Below are positions 9,442-18,365 of a stretch of 64,000 bases of DNA, piece by piece; position 1 is the stretch's first letter, and every line of letters begins with the position of its first letter. Made by a program: the position numbers and the translations under genes. Where the stretch lies: sequence record KX011028.1; one strand, 5' to 3'. Source of the stretch: Staphylococcus phage pSco-10. The notes under the pieces were generated by a model. It was not told the DNA's origin. It saw nothing but the letters and a program-made list of their open reading frames with translations, and did not search any database.

Positions 9442-9470
9442 AGTATAATACAAAAGTTTAGAAGTGTCAA
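9442..9470 (-). promoter_or_regulatory. promoter TTGACA-17-TATACT
   Basis: tgtcaa 9465..9470 on plus strand. Confidence 0.6.
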
Positions 9471-9479
9471 CACTTATTT

Positions 9480-9767
9480 TTAAGAAAATACAAGAAGATT
9501 TACTACCATTCCGAGTGTACATAATAATGAAGCACCTGAGTATATTAAGGATTCCTTATCATCTCTACCTTTTCTAGCTAAGAGTAAGAAAATTAGCATA
9601 CCTGCTTGTAGTAAAAAGAACCACCCATAAAAACCTGCCCAAATATTTAGTAATATTGCAATACCTGTTAATATATAGCTCGTATCATCATTAAGTAAGT
9701 CAATGATAACGACAGCTATAAAGGCAACAGAAGCTATTGTCATTAAGTCCATAGGCGTTAATCCCAA
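9480..9767 (-). CDS. polytopic small membrane protein (95 aa)
   Basis: hydrophobic. Confidence 0.5.
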   Translation of the reverse strand: MGLTPMDLMTIASVAFIAVVIIDLLNDDTSYILTGIAILLNIWAGFYGWFFLLQAGMLIFLLLARKGRDDKESLIYSGASLLCTLGMVVNLLVFS

Positions 9768-10105
9768 TTCCAGTCTTCCATCATAAAATCAATGTAAGCT
9801 TGGTTTTCCTCATCTGTAATTTGGTCTTTAACCACTTCTATTTCTGAAATAACAAATTGTAAAGAATCTGTTAATCTACCAATAGCAATACGTTCTGTTG
9901 TTTTAATAGGTAAACGTCCTGAGTGAGGGTGAACTAAGTTATCAATAACCTCTACTGCTTTAATGTCACCACTTACAATTTTAATATCTCCCTCATCAAA
10001 AAATACCTTACTTGATTCTCCTGTACTTGCGCTTAGTAAACTTGCAATACTATTAATCATATACACTTTCGTATCTTCTAAATTTTTTAGTTTTTCATTT
10101 AACAT
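9758..10105 (-). CDS. hypothetical protein (115 aa)
   Basis: ORF track. Confidence 0.5.
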   Translation of the reverse strand: MLNEKLKNLEDTKVYMINSIASLLSASTGESSKVFFDEGDIKIVSGDIKAVEVIDNLVHPHSGRLPIKTTERIAIGRLTDSLQFVISEIEVVKDQITDEENQAYIDFMMEDWNWD

Positions 10106-10117
10106 TTTATTTCCTCC

Positions 10118-10444
10118 TTATAAGTCTATTGATAAATCTTCATTTAAATCTTCCATAGCATCTAATAAATCTGAATGTTTATATAACATGTCTACTGAGT
10201 TATCAATATCCCAACTTATACCATCATGTATATCTAAGTATGAATAAGGTATATCTATAATTAGTTTTGTATGTTCCATAGTTTCATACACATTATATAC
10301 ATCATGGAATCCTGTACCTTGCTTAGCAATAACTATATTATAGTCTTTAAATTTCTCTATATTCTCTTCAGTAAGTTTTGGAATTGTTTCTTTTAAAACT
10401 CTTTGATTTGTATCTTTATAGTGAACAATCAGTATATCAATCAT
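10118..10444 (-). CDS. hypothetical acidic protein (108 aa)
   Basis: ORF track. Confidence 0.5.
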   Translation of the reverse strand: MIDILIVHYKDTNQRVLKETIPKLTEENIEKFKDYNIVIAKQGTGFHDVYNVYETMEHTKLIIDIPYSYLDIHDGISWDIDNSVDMLYKHSDLLDAMEDLNEDLSIDL

Positions 10445-10458
10445 CTAGTATTCCTCCT

Positions 10459-10641
10459 TTAGTATAGGTATACTACTGTCATAGCATTATGGATAGATTT
10501 CATAATCCAAAATAAGAATAGTAATACTGCTCCTGCTCCAATAACTCCTGGCATCCATCTATCTTTCCAAAACTCAACACCAAGCATAACCACAAAGTAA
10601 GATACAAATCCCCATATAAACCATAAAATTCCTAATAACAT
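10459..10641 (-). CDS. small membrane protein (about 60 aa)
   Basis: hydrophobic; promoter 10686..10714. Confidence 0.5.
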   Translation of the reverse strand: MLLGILWFIWGFVSYFVVMLGVEFWKDRWMPGVIGAGAVLLFLFWIMKSIHNAMTVVYLY

Positions 10642-10685
10642 AATAATCATTCCTCTTTTCTTTTTTTTATTTTATTTATACTCTT

Positions 10686-10714
10686 AGTATACATTAAAAG
10701 GATGAATCTGTCAA
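10686..10714 (-). promoter_or_regulatory. promoter TTGACA-17-TATACT; -35 lies in the loop of hairpin 10691..10725
   Basis: tgtcaa 10709..10714 on plus strand. Confidence 0.55.
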
Positions 10715-10990
10715 CCCTTTAATGTAAAGTTTTTTATTAAAATATTCTAAAGCTTTTTGAGCTGTTGATACTTCTTTAGTAAACTCCCTAAGTTCTTTCA
10801 TATCAAGCTCTTCTGAACCTACACGCATTACAAGCTCTACACCTTCTCGACCATTATCAAATATGATAGGTGAGAATTTTGTTTTATTTTTCTTCCCTAC
10901 CTCAGTAACAATAATATTACCTGCTAGTCTTACAACTATAGTATAATCTTTGTACTTATCTTTGTAAAGTACATTTGTTTCTTTAGTCAT
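10694..10990 (-). CDS. hypothetical protein (98 aa)
   Basis: ORF track. Confidence 0.5.
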   Translation of the reverse strand: MTKETNVLYKDKYKDYTIVVRLAGNIIVTEVGKKNKTKFSPIIFDNGREGVELVMRVGSEELDMKELREFTKEVSTAQKALEYFNKKLYIKGLTDSSF

Positions 10991-11158
10991 TTCTTTTTCT
11001 CCTTAAATCCATATATAATGATTTCTTTCTTAATTCTTCTAACTTCTTTTGTCTCTCTTCAATAGGTATAGAAGAAGGTATTTTATTATCTACCTTCTTC
11101 TTTTGTTTAGGTTTACCTACTCTATCTGATTCACTGTTTATAAAATCATTAAAATCCA
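10983..11158 (-). CDS. hypothetical protein (about 58 aa; start MDFNDFINSE, the track ORF is over-extended into the upstream gene)
   Basis: RBS aaggag before ATG at 11158. Confidence 0.45.
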
Positions 11159-11170
11159 TAATAAAACTCC

Positions 11171-11419
11171 TTATAATAAAATATTGTTTACTAATAACAC
11201 TAATAAGAATAGGATAACTCCAAACACAATTGTAATGATAGCTCCTATTATCATAGAGCAAGCTTTTATATCTAGAGTAGTTTTACTTAGTAGTAACATC
11301 ATTAGTTTATCTAATAGAATAAATACACCTTTAAATACTAAATAAAGTATTCCCATAGCTACTGCAAAAGCTACAATAATATATATTACAAGTAATACAC
11401 TGTCAAATGAACTTAACAT
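11171..11419 (-). CDS. small membrane protein (82 aa)
   Basis: hydrophobic. Confidence 0.5.
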   Translation of the reverse strand: MLSSFDSVLLVIYIIVAFAVAMGILYLVFKGVFILLDKLMMLLLSKTTLDIKACSMIIGAIITIVFGVILFLLVLLVNNILL

Positions 11420-11435
11420 TGGTTCCTAACCTCCT

Positions 11436-12080
11436 TTAATTACTATTGTATTGTTTATATTCTTCTAAATCTTCTTGTTTTCTAATTTCACTTTCTTTAT
11501 CTAGTTTCTTTAATTTTTTGTACTCAGAGATAGTTAAAGGTCTATTAGTTAATAGTTGATTCTTCCAATGATTTATATCTTCAGGTCTTTTTACTTCAGC
11601 TTGGAAAGCCCACGATATATTTGTCTCTTTAACTTCTTCTCCATTATCTCGTTTATAATAAAATTCTTTAACCTCTAATAAATCTAAATACCACTTACTA
11701 TAATACTTATAATCTTTTTCTCCAGGTAATCTCAAATAGTAAGAATTATTCCATTCAGTATATTCCCATATAGGAAATACAGATTTAAATATTAGTATAG
11801 GTATTAAAGCTGATAGGACACCATATACAATGATAATAACAAGTAGCATACTTATTATTTTTACTAAAGTACTATCTGTTAAATCTTTGATAATACCTCC
11901 AAGAATTAATGCTAATGCTATAGCTATGATATTATTTATTACGACTACACTAAGGTATATTAATTCTCCTAATGTTCTACCTTCAGGACTAGACCTTAAC
12001 TCAGACCAACTTATCTTATCCATTTTAGTATTAGATTTATTCTCTAGGTAGCTCTGTTTTACTTCTTCTGAAACTTTCAT
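11436..12080 (-). CDS. membrane protein (214 aa)
   Basis: TM segments; promoter 12109..12137. Confidence 0.55.
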   Translation of the reverse strand: MKVSEEVKQSYLENKSNTKMDKISWSELRSSPEGRTLGELIYLSVVVINNIIAIALALILGGIIKDLTDSTLVKIISMLLVIIIVYGVLSALIPILIFKSVFPIWEYTEWNNSYYLRLPGEKDYKYYSKWYLDLLEVKEFYYKRDNGEEVKETNISWAFQAEVKRPEDINHWKNQLLTNRPLTISEYKKLKKLDKESEIRKQEDLEEYKQYNSN

Positions 12081-12108
12081 AATAATTCCTCCTTTTCTGT
12101 ATAATATT

Positions 12109-12137
12109 ACTATACACTATATAAAACGATTTGTCAA
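12109..12137 (-). promoter_or_regulatory. promoter TTGACA-17-TATAGT
   Basis: tgtcaa 12132..12137 on plus strand. Confidence 0.6.
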
Positions 12138-12164
12138 TAAAAAAGCTAACAAATTAATGTTAGC
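12138..12164 (-). terminator. terminator AGCTAAC/GTTAGCT followed by a U6 run
   Basis: 7-bp stem then TTTTTT on minus strand, immediately followed by TTGACA. Confidence 0.55.
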
Positions 12165-12372
12165 TTGATTGGTTTACTTTATGCTCCTTAATAGAAAAAG
12201 CTACACGTTTTCCATCTTTTGTTTCTACTTGGTTTTCCTTAACAAATCTCTCCGCTAACTGTTGAGTTGAAAAGTAAAATGATTCTCGGTTAGAACTTCC
12301 TTCTGTTGGTGTCGTAATTACAGTCTTTACAATAACTTCGTATACACTAAACTTTGGTAATGATTTATCCAT
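12160..12372 (-). CDS. hypothetical protein (about 70 aa)
   Basis: RBS aaagggga before ATG at 12372. Confidence 0.5.
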   Translation of the reverse strand: MDKSLPKFSVYEVIVKTVITTPTEGSSNRESFYFSTQQLAERFVKENQVETKDGKRVAFSIKEHKVNQSS

Positions 12373-12385
12373 AATAAATTCCCCT

Positions 12386-12637
12386 TTACTCATTTTCTTT
12401 ATCCTTAATGGCTTGGGCTACTGCGTCATTTACTACTCGTACCATAATTCTATGTGCTGTTCTGATAATCAAGAATCCTATTCCTAAGAAAGTAGCTAAT
12501 ACAAACGGGTCAATCGTAGCATGAGTTATAAGAATAACTAAGCTAGCTACTCCGTAAAAGAATAAAAACCCTACTGTATAAATTAATGTTACTACTAATA
12601 AATTAAATAAGTACACTCCGATAAATTTACTCACCAT
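12386..12637 (-). CDS. small membrane protein (83 aa, GTG start)
   Basis: hydrophobic. Confidence 0.45.
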   Translation of the reverse strand: MVSKFIGVYLFNLLVVTLIYTVGFLFFYGVASLVILITHATIDPFVLATFLGIGFLIIRTAHRIMVRVVNDAVAQAIKDKENE

Positions 12638-12803
12638 ATCTCTCCTCTTCTAGCAAATTAGTAACGTATTCATTATTTTGTTCTAATTCTTGGATGTAAT
12701 CAAAAGCTAATTCTAACATTTTACTTTCACTGATGTGACCTTGCTTATAATACTCTAACTCGTTCTTAAATTTGTCTTGTGATTTAATACTAGGTATAAC
12801 CAT
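12627..12803 (-). CDS. hypothetical protein (58 aa, MVIPSIKSQDKFKNELEYYKQGH...); its stop overlaps the GTG of the next gene
   Basis: RBS ggaggaa before ATG at 12803; promoter 12827..12855; missed by track. Confidence 0.45.
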   Translation of the reverse strand: MVIPSIKSQDKFKNELEYYKQGHISESKMLELAFDYIQELEQNNEYVTNLLEEERYGE

Positions 12804-12826
12804 AATATCTTTCCTCCTTTAATAAT

Positions 12827-12855
12827 ACTATACTACATTTATTTGTTCTTGTCAA
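12827..12855 (-). promoter_or_regulatory. promoter TTGACA-17-TATAGT located inside the 3' end of gene 12839..13396
   Basis: tgtcaa 12850..12855 on plus strand. Confidence 0.55.
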
Positions 12856-13396
12856 CAGTTTCTTTATCTTTTTTAAAAAGTTCTTTAGATAATTTAGTAT
12901 GGTGCTCTACTGCCTTATTATACTTCATATACTTAAAGTGAAGTATATTTATCTCACTGAATGTAATTTGTCTTAACTTATGCTTAGCTACTATATCTAC
13001 TTCATCATTAGGATACTTAAATATCTTAGCCTGGTTCTGCTCAGCATTACTCAATTCCCAATACATCTTTATACTTCCTCTGTAAGACACTATTTTATTC
13101 ATCTTACTTACTTTCCAAGTTCCTAGTGCTAAAACAAACATAATAATCACTGCAGGAGCTAAAGATGAGTAAACAGCATTACCTGTTACAAAATACTCAA
13201 TAATACGTAGAATCATAAGAATAAAGAAACTTATAATTAATCCTACCATAACTGAATCTAATACCTTTGTAGATACGTAGTTACGTGTTCCTTTAGAACG
13301 TATAATATCCTTATAATCGTCTACTTCTTTTAGTCTAATTTGAATATCTCTATTAGCCTCTTCAATCTCTTTAACTAATTTTTCCCTTTCTGTCAT
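12839..13396 (-). CDS. membrane protein (185 aa)
   Basis: TM segments. Confidence 0.55.
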   Translation of the reverse strand: MTEREKLVKEIEEANRDIQIRLKEVDDYKDIIRSKGTRNYVSTKVLDSVMVGLIISFFILMILRIIEYFVTGNAVYSSLAPAVIIMFVLALGTWKVSKMNKIVSYRGSIKMYWELSNAEQNQAKIFKYPNDEVDIVAKHKLRQITFSEINILHFKYMKYNKAVEHHTKLSKELFKKDKETVDKNK

Positions 13397-13400
13397 TGCC

Positions 13401-13643
13401 CTATCTCCTTTGATTTATTTGAGCTATCGACTTAAGTAAGAATTTATAATTTCTTTTAAAGTTTTTTGCTTCGAGCTTACCGAATTTACTTTGGATACGT
13501 TTTTTAGCTTTGTGAGCCGTACCTCCTTCCAGTATCGGGTTTAGTAAATCTACACTTAACTCTAGTACTCTCTCCTCTGAAAGCTCATCATCTGAAACTA
13601 GCCTTACAAATGCATCAAATCTTTCTAAATCTTCCATTTCCAT
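13401..13643 (-). CDS. hypothetical protein (about 80 aa; start MEMEDLERF)
   Basis: RBS ggaaggagag before ATG; the track's N-extension runs into the terminator. Confidence 0.5.
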   Translation of the reverse strand: MEMEDLERFDAFVRLVSDDELSEERVLELSVDLLNPILEGGTAHKAKKRIQSKFGKLEAKNFKRNYKFLLKSIAQINQRR

Positions 13644-13668
13644 AATTAATCTCTCCTTCCTATATATT

Positions 13669-13697
13669 AATATACCACAAAACAAAAAAAGAGTCAA
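13669..13697 (-). promoter_or_regulatory. promoter TTGACT-17-TATATT; -35 is the 3' arm of terminator 13684..13712
   Basis: agtcaa 13692..13697 on plus strand. Confidence 0.55.
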
Positions 13698-13712
13698 GAA
13701 TTAACTTGACTC
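13684..13712 (-). terminator. terminator GAGTCAAG/CTTGACTC followed by a U7 run (the palindrome also carries TTGACT on both strands)
   Basis: perfect 8-bp inverted repeat plus TTTTTTTGTTTTG on minus strand. Confidence 0.6.
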
Positions 13713-13792
13713 AATCACTATTCCATAAGTAATAAATGATAGCAATAAAGATGACAACAATAAGTACTGTCATTTTTAGTCACCCCCTCTTA

Positions 13793-14200
13793 TTACTTTT
13801 CGGTTGGTACTGCCTCAAACCTATACTTATGAGTTGGATTATCTTCACCATCTTCAGTATATACCCTAATAAGCTTGAAATTTACCCCTTCTTTAAATCT
13901 ACTTGTTTTGTAGTACCTCATATCTATGCTGTTATCTCCTGTTCTACCTGGGAGGTAAGTAGGTAATGTTTCCATAAAATAAGCCTTATTATCCTTAACC
14001 TCTTTCAATGTATAGTCACCAACAAATTCTACATTCTTTTCTTCTTTAATCTTTCCTGTGTTTGATAACTCAGTAGAGACTTGATTTTTTGCTTTGTCGT
14101 GATACATGAAAGAAGATATATAATAAGATGAGATAGAAAAAGCCAAAACAATAATCACTAGTACATAAAATATACTTGCTTTTTTTGACATAACTAACAC
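13793..14200 (-). CDS. N-terminally membrane-anchored protein (135 aa)
   Basis: signal/TM segment. Confidence 0.55.
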   Translation of the reverse strand: MLVMSKKASIFYVLVIIVLAFSISSYYISSFMYHDKAKNQVSTELSNTGKIKEEKNVEFVGDYTLKEVKDNKAYFMETLPTYLPGRTGDNSIDMRYYKTSRFKEGVNFKLIRVYTEDGEDNPTHKYRFEAVPTEK

Positions 14201-14205
14201 CTCTA

Positions 14206-14248
14206 TACAAAAAATGTCTCCTCTTACAGTTATAATATAAGAGGAGAC
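14206..14248 (-). terminator. terminator with 11-bp stem GTCTCCTCTTA/TAAGAGGAGAC followed by ATTTTTTG
   Basis: long perfect inverted repeat plus U-run. Confidence 0.6.
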
Positions 14249-14254
14249 TAATTA

Positions 14255-14965
14255 TTAATCTATAATTTTAACACATTTATCTAGAAGTGAGCAGTAAATC
14301 ATTCTGTCATTTCCAACTAACTCTCGTAATTTGCTATAATACTCAATTAAATTATCGGAATCCGTTAATTCATGGTAAAAATCAAGGACTTCATTAATAC
14401 GTTTTTCAAAAAACTTATTATCAACAATCTCTAAATGAGAAATTTCTTCTCCTGTTACCAATCTCAAGTCTTCTAATTCAACATCATGTACCTGCTTATC
14501 ATCTTTAATATCTTCAAGTAACTCATGCTGTTGATATTCGATACTTGTATTATTAATACGGACTAAAGGTTTTAAAACATGAGAAGTTTCATAAAGATTT
14601 CTAGGCATTTTACCTCTTAAATGGTCAAATTCTTCTGATTCTGATAGAAGACCTATACTAACTCCAATATATTGTCCTGCCTGTACTTCACTAGAATAGC
14701 CTTTTGGTATTGTACAGATATAAAGCTTATCAGGTTCATATAATGGTTTAGATGCAGGAAAATTATCTACAACATCTTTTAATCCTTGAGCATCTAATAA
14801 GTTTTCTTTTAGTTCATCTAGTGTATATAGCTTCTCTTCTGTTTCTTCTTCTACTTCAGGCTCTTCAGAAGGAGCCACTTCTTCAGTGAACTCCTCTTCA
14901 GATACCCATTTATCTTTATTACGCATGTCATTTAACTGTTCTTGAAATGATTTTTTATTTCTCAT
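14255..14965 (-). CDS. hypothetical acidic protein (236 aa)
   Basis: ORF track. Confidence 0.55.
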   Translation of the reverse strand: MRNKKSFQEQLNDMRNKDKWVSEEEFTEEVAPSEEPEVEEETEEKLYTLDELKENLLDAQGLKDVVDNFPASKPLYEPDKLYICTIPKGYSSEVQAGQYIGVSIGLLSESEEFDHLRGKMPRNLYETSHVLKPLVRINNTSIEYQQHELLEDIKDDKQVHDVELEDLRLVTGEEISHLEIVDNKFFEKRINEVLDFYHELTDSDNLIEYYSKLRELVGNDRMIYCSLLDKCVKIID

Positions 14966-14981
14966 ATTATAACCTCTTTAC

Positions 14982-15425
14982 TTACTCAACGACAATACTA
15001 TCTTCTTCTAATGCTTTGTCCTTAAGTTCAGATTTTCTTTCTACATGGTATAAATCTAAGATGTAATATAAACCATTCTTATGAATATTATATTTACTGT
15101 AAATGTCCTGTAAATTCATATATTGATAATCTTTAATAATCTCTTTAACTAAGTCTTTATCCTTTAAGATGTGTGCAATTTTTTCTTCTACAGGTGATTT
15201 CTTATTACGTTTACCTACTTTATAGTAGTTTAATACTGTGTAAATTAATCCCATACTTACTTTAGCTTCTTTTGCAATGTAATCTAAAGGTTTACCTTCA
15301 TTATAACTTGTTACAATGAATTCTTCCTTAGGTGTGTTAAACTCTCTTGATGTTTCTAATGGTGTGTACTTGCTTTTCTCTTTAGTTAATAATGCTTTCT
15401 CTTCTTGATTTAATGAAATAAACAT
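14982..15425 (-). CDS. hypothetical protein (147 aa)
   Basis: promoter 15459..15487. Confidence 0.55.
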   Translation of the reverse strand: MFISLNQEEKALLTKEKSKYTPLETSREFNTPKEEFIVTSYNEGKPLDYIAKEAKVSMGLIYTVLNYYKVGKRNKKSPVEEKIAHILKDKDLVKEIIKDYQYMNLQDIYSKYNIHKNGLYYILDLYHVERKSELKDKALEEDSIVVE

Positions 15426-15458
15426 AATTGTTAGCTCCTTTATTTTTAGTATACATAT

Positions 15459-15487
15459 ACTATATCATATACTTTAAGAACTGTCAA
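15459..15487 (-). promoter_or_regulatory. promoter TTGACA-17-TATAGT
   Basis: tgtcaa 15482..15487 on plus strand. Confidence 0.6.
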
Positions 15488-15489
15488 CC

Positions 15490-15948
15490 TTAATCTTTAA
15501 TTTTATTTAATTTATTTTCATCAAAGAGCATTGTTTCTCCTGTAAGTGCATAGAAATAATTACCATTGTTATCTGTAAGAATTTCTTTAATCATAGCAAC
15601 ATCTTTTTCTTGGTCTTCTCTTGTATATTCTACAATAGTATCTTTAGGATACTTAACCTTAGTTGTTTCTGAGTATTCTTCATCTAGGTAAACATCAAAT
15701 GTTATAAGAGAGTTAACAGATACATTATATAGAACCCAATGCCTTTTATAGTAGAATGATTCTTTATCTAGGTCTCTAGATACTTCAGTAAACTTGTGTT
15801 TCCCTGGGCTCATTCTAACAAGGATATCTCCTTGGTTGTCTTGCTTCACTCTCAACACTTTTCCTTCTTTTAAATATGTCATAATCTCTACTATATCATC
15901 AATTGGCTTAGCATCTTGTATTGGATTTAAACTAATCTCATCTGCCAT
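15490..15948 (-). CDS. hypothetical protein (152 aa)
   Basis: ORF track. Confidence 0.55.
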   Translation of the reverse strand: MADEISLNPIQDAKPIDDIVEIMTYLKEGKVLRVKQDNQGDILVRMSPGKHKFTEVSRDLDKESFYYKRHWVLYNVSVNSLITFDVYLDEEYSETTKVKYPKDTIVEYTREDQEKDVAMIKEILTDNNGNYFYALTGETMLFDENKLNKIKD

Positions 15949-15965
15949 TACTCTAACCTCACTAT

Positions 15966-16697
15966 CTAAATTGTATAGCCTACTCTATCAAGAGCTTCTT
16001 TTAATTTTCTACTTTCCTCATCTAAATCTAGGTTTTTGTAGAATTCATTTTGTAGTTCTTCTAATCGTTGTAATACCTCTTCATGCTTTTCTTCAGGTAT
16101 AAATTCTAATAATACTTCACTCATAGCTGTATCTTGAGCTGTTTGTTTTAATTGTAATTCTCTAAGTCCAATAAATGACATACCTTTTAATTGATTTCCG
16201 GTAATCTTATCTTTTGTTTCCATTGCACGTATCATTAAAGCAGGGTCTAAAGTTTCCACAAATTCTAATCCTTTTGCACCTTTAGAAATAATCATATCTA
16301 GTACTTGAATATCATCATAAATTGTTTGTGTATGATGTTTTGATTGCTCAAATGGAGAAAGTTGCTCCTCTTCTAATATAGGAGTTTCTTTTTCCTTAAT
16401 ATCTTTTACACTTGTTTTTTTACGTTTATCTATTAATTCTCCTAAATCCCAACCATTTTCAATAGCTTCTTTTCGTTTACTCTTATATCTTGTAATAGCT
16501 GATTTAGACAATTCTAAGTCATATTCTTTACAGAGTTCTATAATATCATCATAACTCATATCCTCATCTAATGCATTATCTACCTTTGAGCGTAGTAATT
16601 TATTATGGTATAGTTTAGATAATATACTCTCTTTTTCTTTATCAGGAACAACTTTTATATCACTGTTTTTATTTCGTAAATTCTTTTTTCTAGCCAT
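15966..16697 (-). CDS. hypothetical protein (about 243 aa; start MARKKNLRNKN)
   Basis: RBS aaggagag before ATG at 16697. Confidence 0.55.
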   Translation of the reverse strand: MARKKNLRNKNSDIKVVPDKEKESILSKLYHNKLLRSKVDNALDEDMSYDDIIELCKEYDLELSKSAITRYKSKRKEAIENGWDLGELIDKRKKTSVKDIKEKETPILEEEQLSPFEQSKHHTQTIYDDIQVLDMIISKGAKGLEFVETLDPALMIRAMETKDKITGNQLKGMSFIGLRELQLKQTAQDTAMSEVLLEFIPEEKHEEVLQRLEELQNEFYKNLDLDEESRKLKEALDRVGYTI

Positions 16698-16721
16698 TAT
16701 ATAGCTCTCCTTAACTGTCAT

Positions 16722-17055
16722 TTATTTATGGTAACTGGTTTTCTGAAACCAGTTTAATGAACATAAACAAACCTTACCACATCAACTGTTTCAAGGTTAC
16801 ACTATATAATATATCATAATTTCTGTTATTATTTCATAATATATAAATGTAATATAATTTTATTAACTACTTTGTATAAAATTTTAATATATTTTTTAAC
16901 TAATTACGAAGCCTTTACCTAAAAGATATTTTAACTTTTCATAAATATAATTTCACAGAAACTAGAGTAAGTAGAAAAAACCTAACTAGCTTCTGTATTA
17001 AAAACATTATGAAAACTTCTTATATAACGTATATTTATACTTAATTACTACATAT
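16722..17055. other. 334-bp AT-rich non-coding spacer with hairpin AACTGGTTT/AAACCAGTT at 16733..16754
   Basis: no ORF on either strand; very low GC; short repeated A/T words. Confidence 0.5.
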
Positions 17056-17919
17056 TTATAATAAAATAGTTAAGGTATCGTCACCTTTTAAGTTAATAAC
17101 TATCTCAGTTAATTTCTTAGTATCATTTTCAATTTTAACATAACTAGACTTAATGTCTTTAGTGTTAACTTTAACATATGATTGACCGCAAGCAATAGTA
17201 ATAATATCCGTATCTTCTAAAAAGAATATACCTGTCTCATGTGTATTATATAAATTGAAGTAATAGTCTTTACTTAGTAGTTTAACACAAAATACACTTT
17301 TACTTATTAAACTATTATTTCTGAAGAATGCTAATAACTTCTCTGTATCACCTTTAGATAACTTATCTTTCTTAGATAACATACCAAATAGTGTTTGACC
17401 ATCATATAATTTTTCTGTAGTAAGAAGATATACAATATGAGTATAACCATTTAATGGTGATTCCTCTTCTAATTTATATAAACGTAATTTAATATCTTTA
17501 GCTATTGTAATATCTTGGTAAGTTACAGTAGGTTCTATGAATGTACTTACAATATCTACTTTCTTAGTAGAAGTTAAGTTAGTACCCCTAGCTAGTAAAT
17601 CTGTCATTAATCCTGTTTCTTCTAATTCTTTTTTAAGTTGTTCAGTTCTAACATACCCAAGACCTGAAGAACCTAATTGATTATTCATTCCTACTACAGC
17701 TTGTTTCATTGATTCCACTACATTTACTTTATTAACAAACTGGAGACCTTCATCTACATTGTCTATATCTTCAATGTAGGATTGTACTGTAACACCTGAA
17801 GGGAAGTAATCACTATCATAAGATACCCCTAGTAATTCTACTTTACCGCTTGTTAGTGTCTTATATAAGGTCTTAATGGTTGTAGGTTTATCTACATGTT
17901 CTGAAAATCCTTTTAACAT
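17056..17919 (-). CDS. hypothetical protein (287 aa)
   Basis: ORF track. Confidence 0.55.
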   Translation of the reverse strand: MLKGFSEHVDKPTTIKTLYKTLTSGKVELLGVSYDSDYFPSGVTVQSYIEDIDNVDEGLQFVNKVNVVESMKQAVVGMNNQLGSSGLGYVRTEQLKKELEETGLMTDLLARGTNLTSTKKVDIVSTFIEPTVTYQDITIAKDIKLRLYKLEEESPLNGYTHIVYLLTTEKLYDGQTLFGMLSKKDKLSKGDTEKLLAFFRNNSLISKSVFCVKLLSKDYYFNLYNTHETGIFFLEDTDIITIACGQSYVKVNTKDIKSSYVKIENDTKKLTEIVINLKGDDTLTILL

Positions 17920-18365
17920 TATTTATCTTTCCTTTCCGCTTTAACTCTATGTCTTGTCTTAAATATAAATATCAAATGTTTACCTCTAAAAGTTCTTTGC
18001 TCTCTGATACTACACTTCCCAATGAGTTTCTTACCTCTATGAACATAATAAACTCGGTCTGTATGGAGTATAGATTCTGTTTTCTTTCCTTTTTGCTTAA
18101 GAGATAGATAAGTTTCTTTAACATCAAGTGCTTCACTAATAAGGTTTAATGCATATTTTTTCTGTAGCTTAACATCAGTATTAGTAACGTTATCAAATCT
18201 TTTAATAAAAAGTATTCTATACTCAATAACAGATGTCGTATCTTTAGGTTCTGAAGGCTTTTTAGCTAAGAAACTATTATTAGCTCCTGTTAAAGTATTT
18301 GTAGGGGCAAAGTTAACAGGTTGATGTTGTATCTCTTTACGTCTATTTGGTTTGTCTTTGCTCAT
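17919..18365 (-). CDS. hypothetical basic protein (148 aa)
   Basis: ORF track. Confidence 0.5.
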   Translation of the reverse strand: MSKDKPNRRKEIQHQPVNFAPTNTLTGANNSFLAKKPSEPKDTTSVIEYRILFIKRFDNVTNTDVKLQKKYALNLISEALDVKETYLSLKQKGKKTESILHTDRVYYVHRGKKLIGKCSIREQRTFRGKHLIFIFKTRHRVKAERKDK

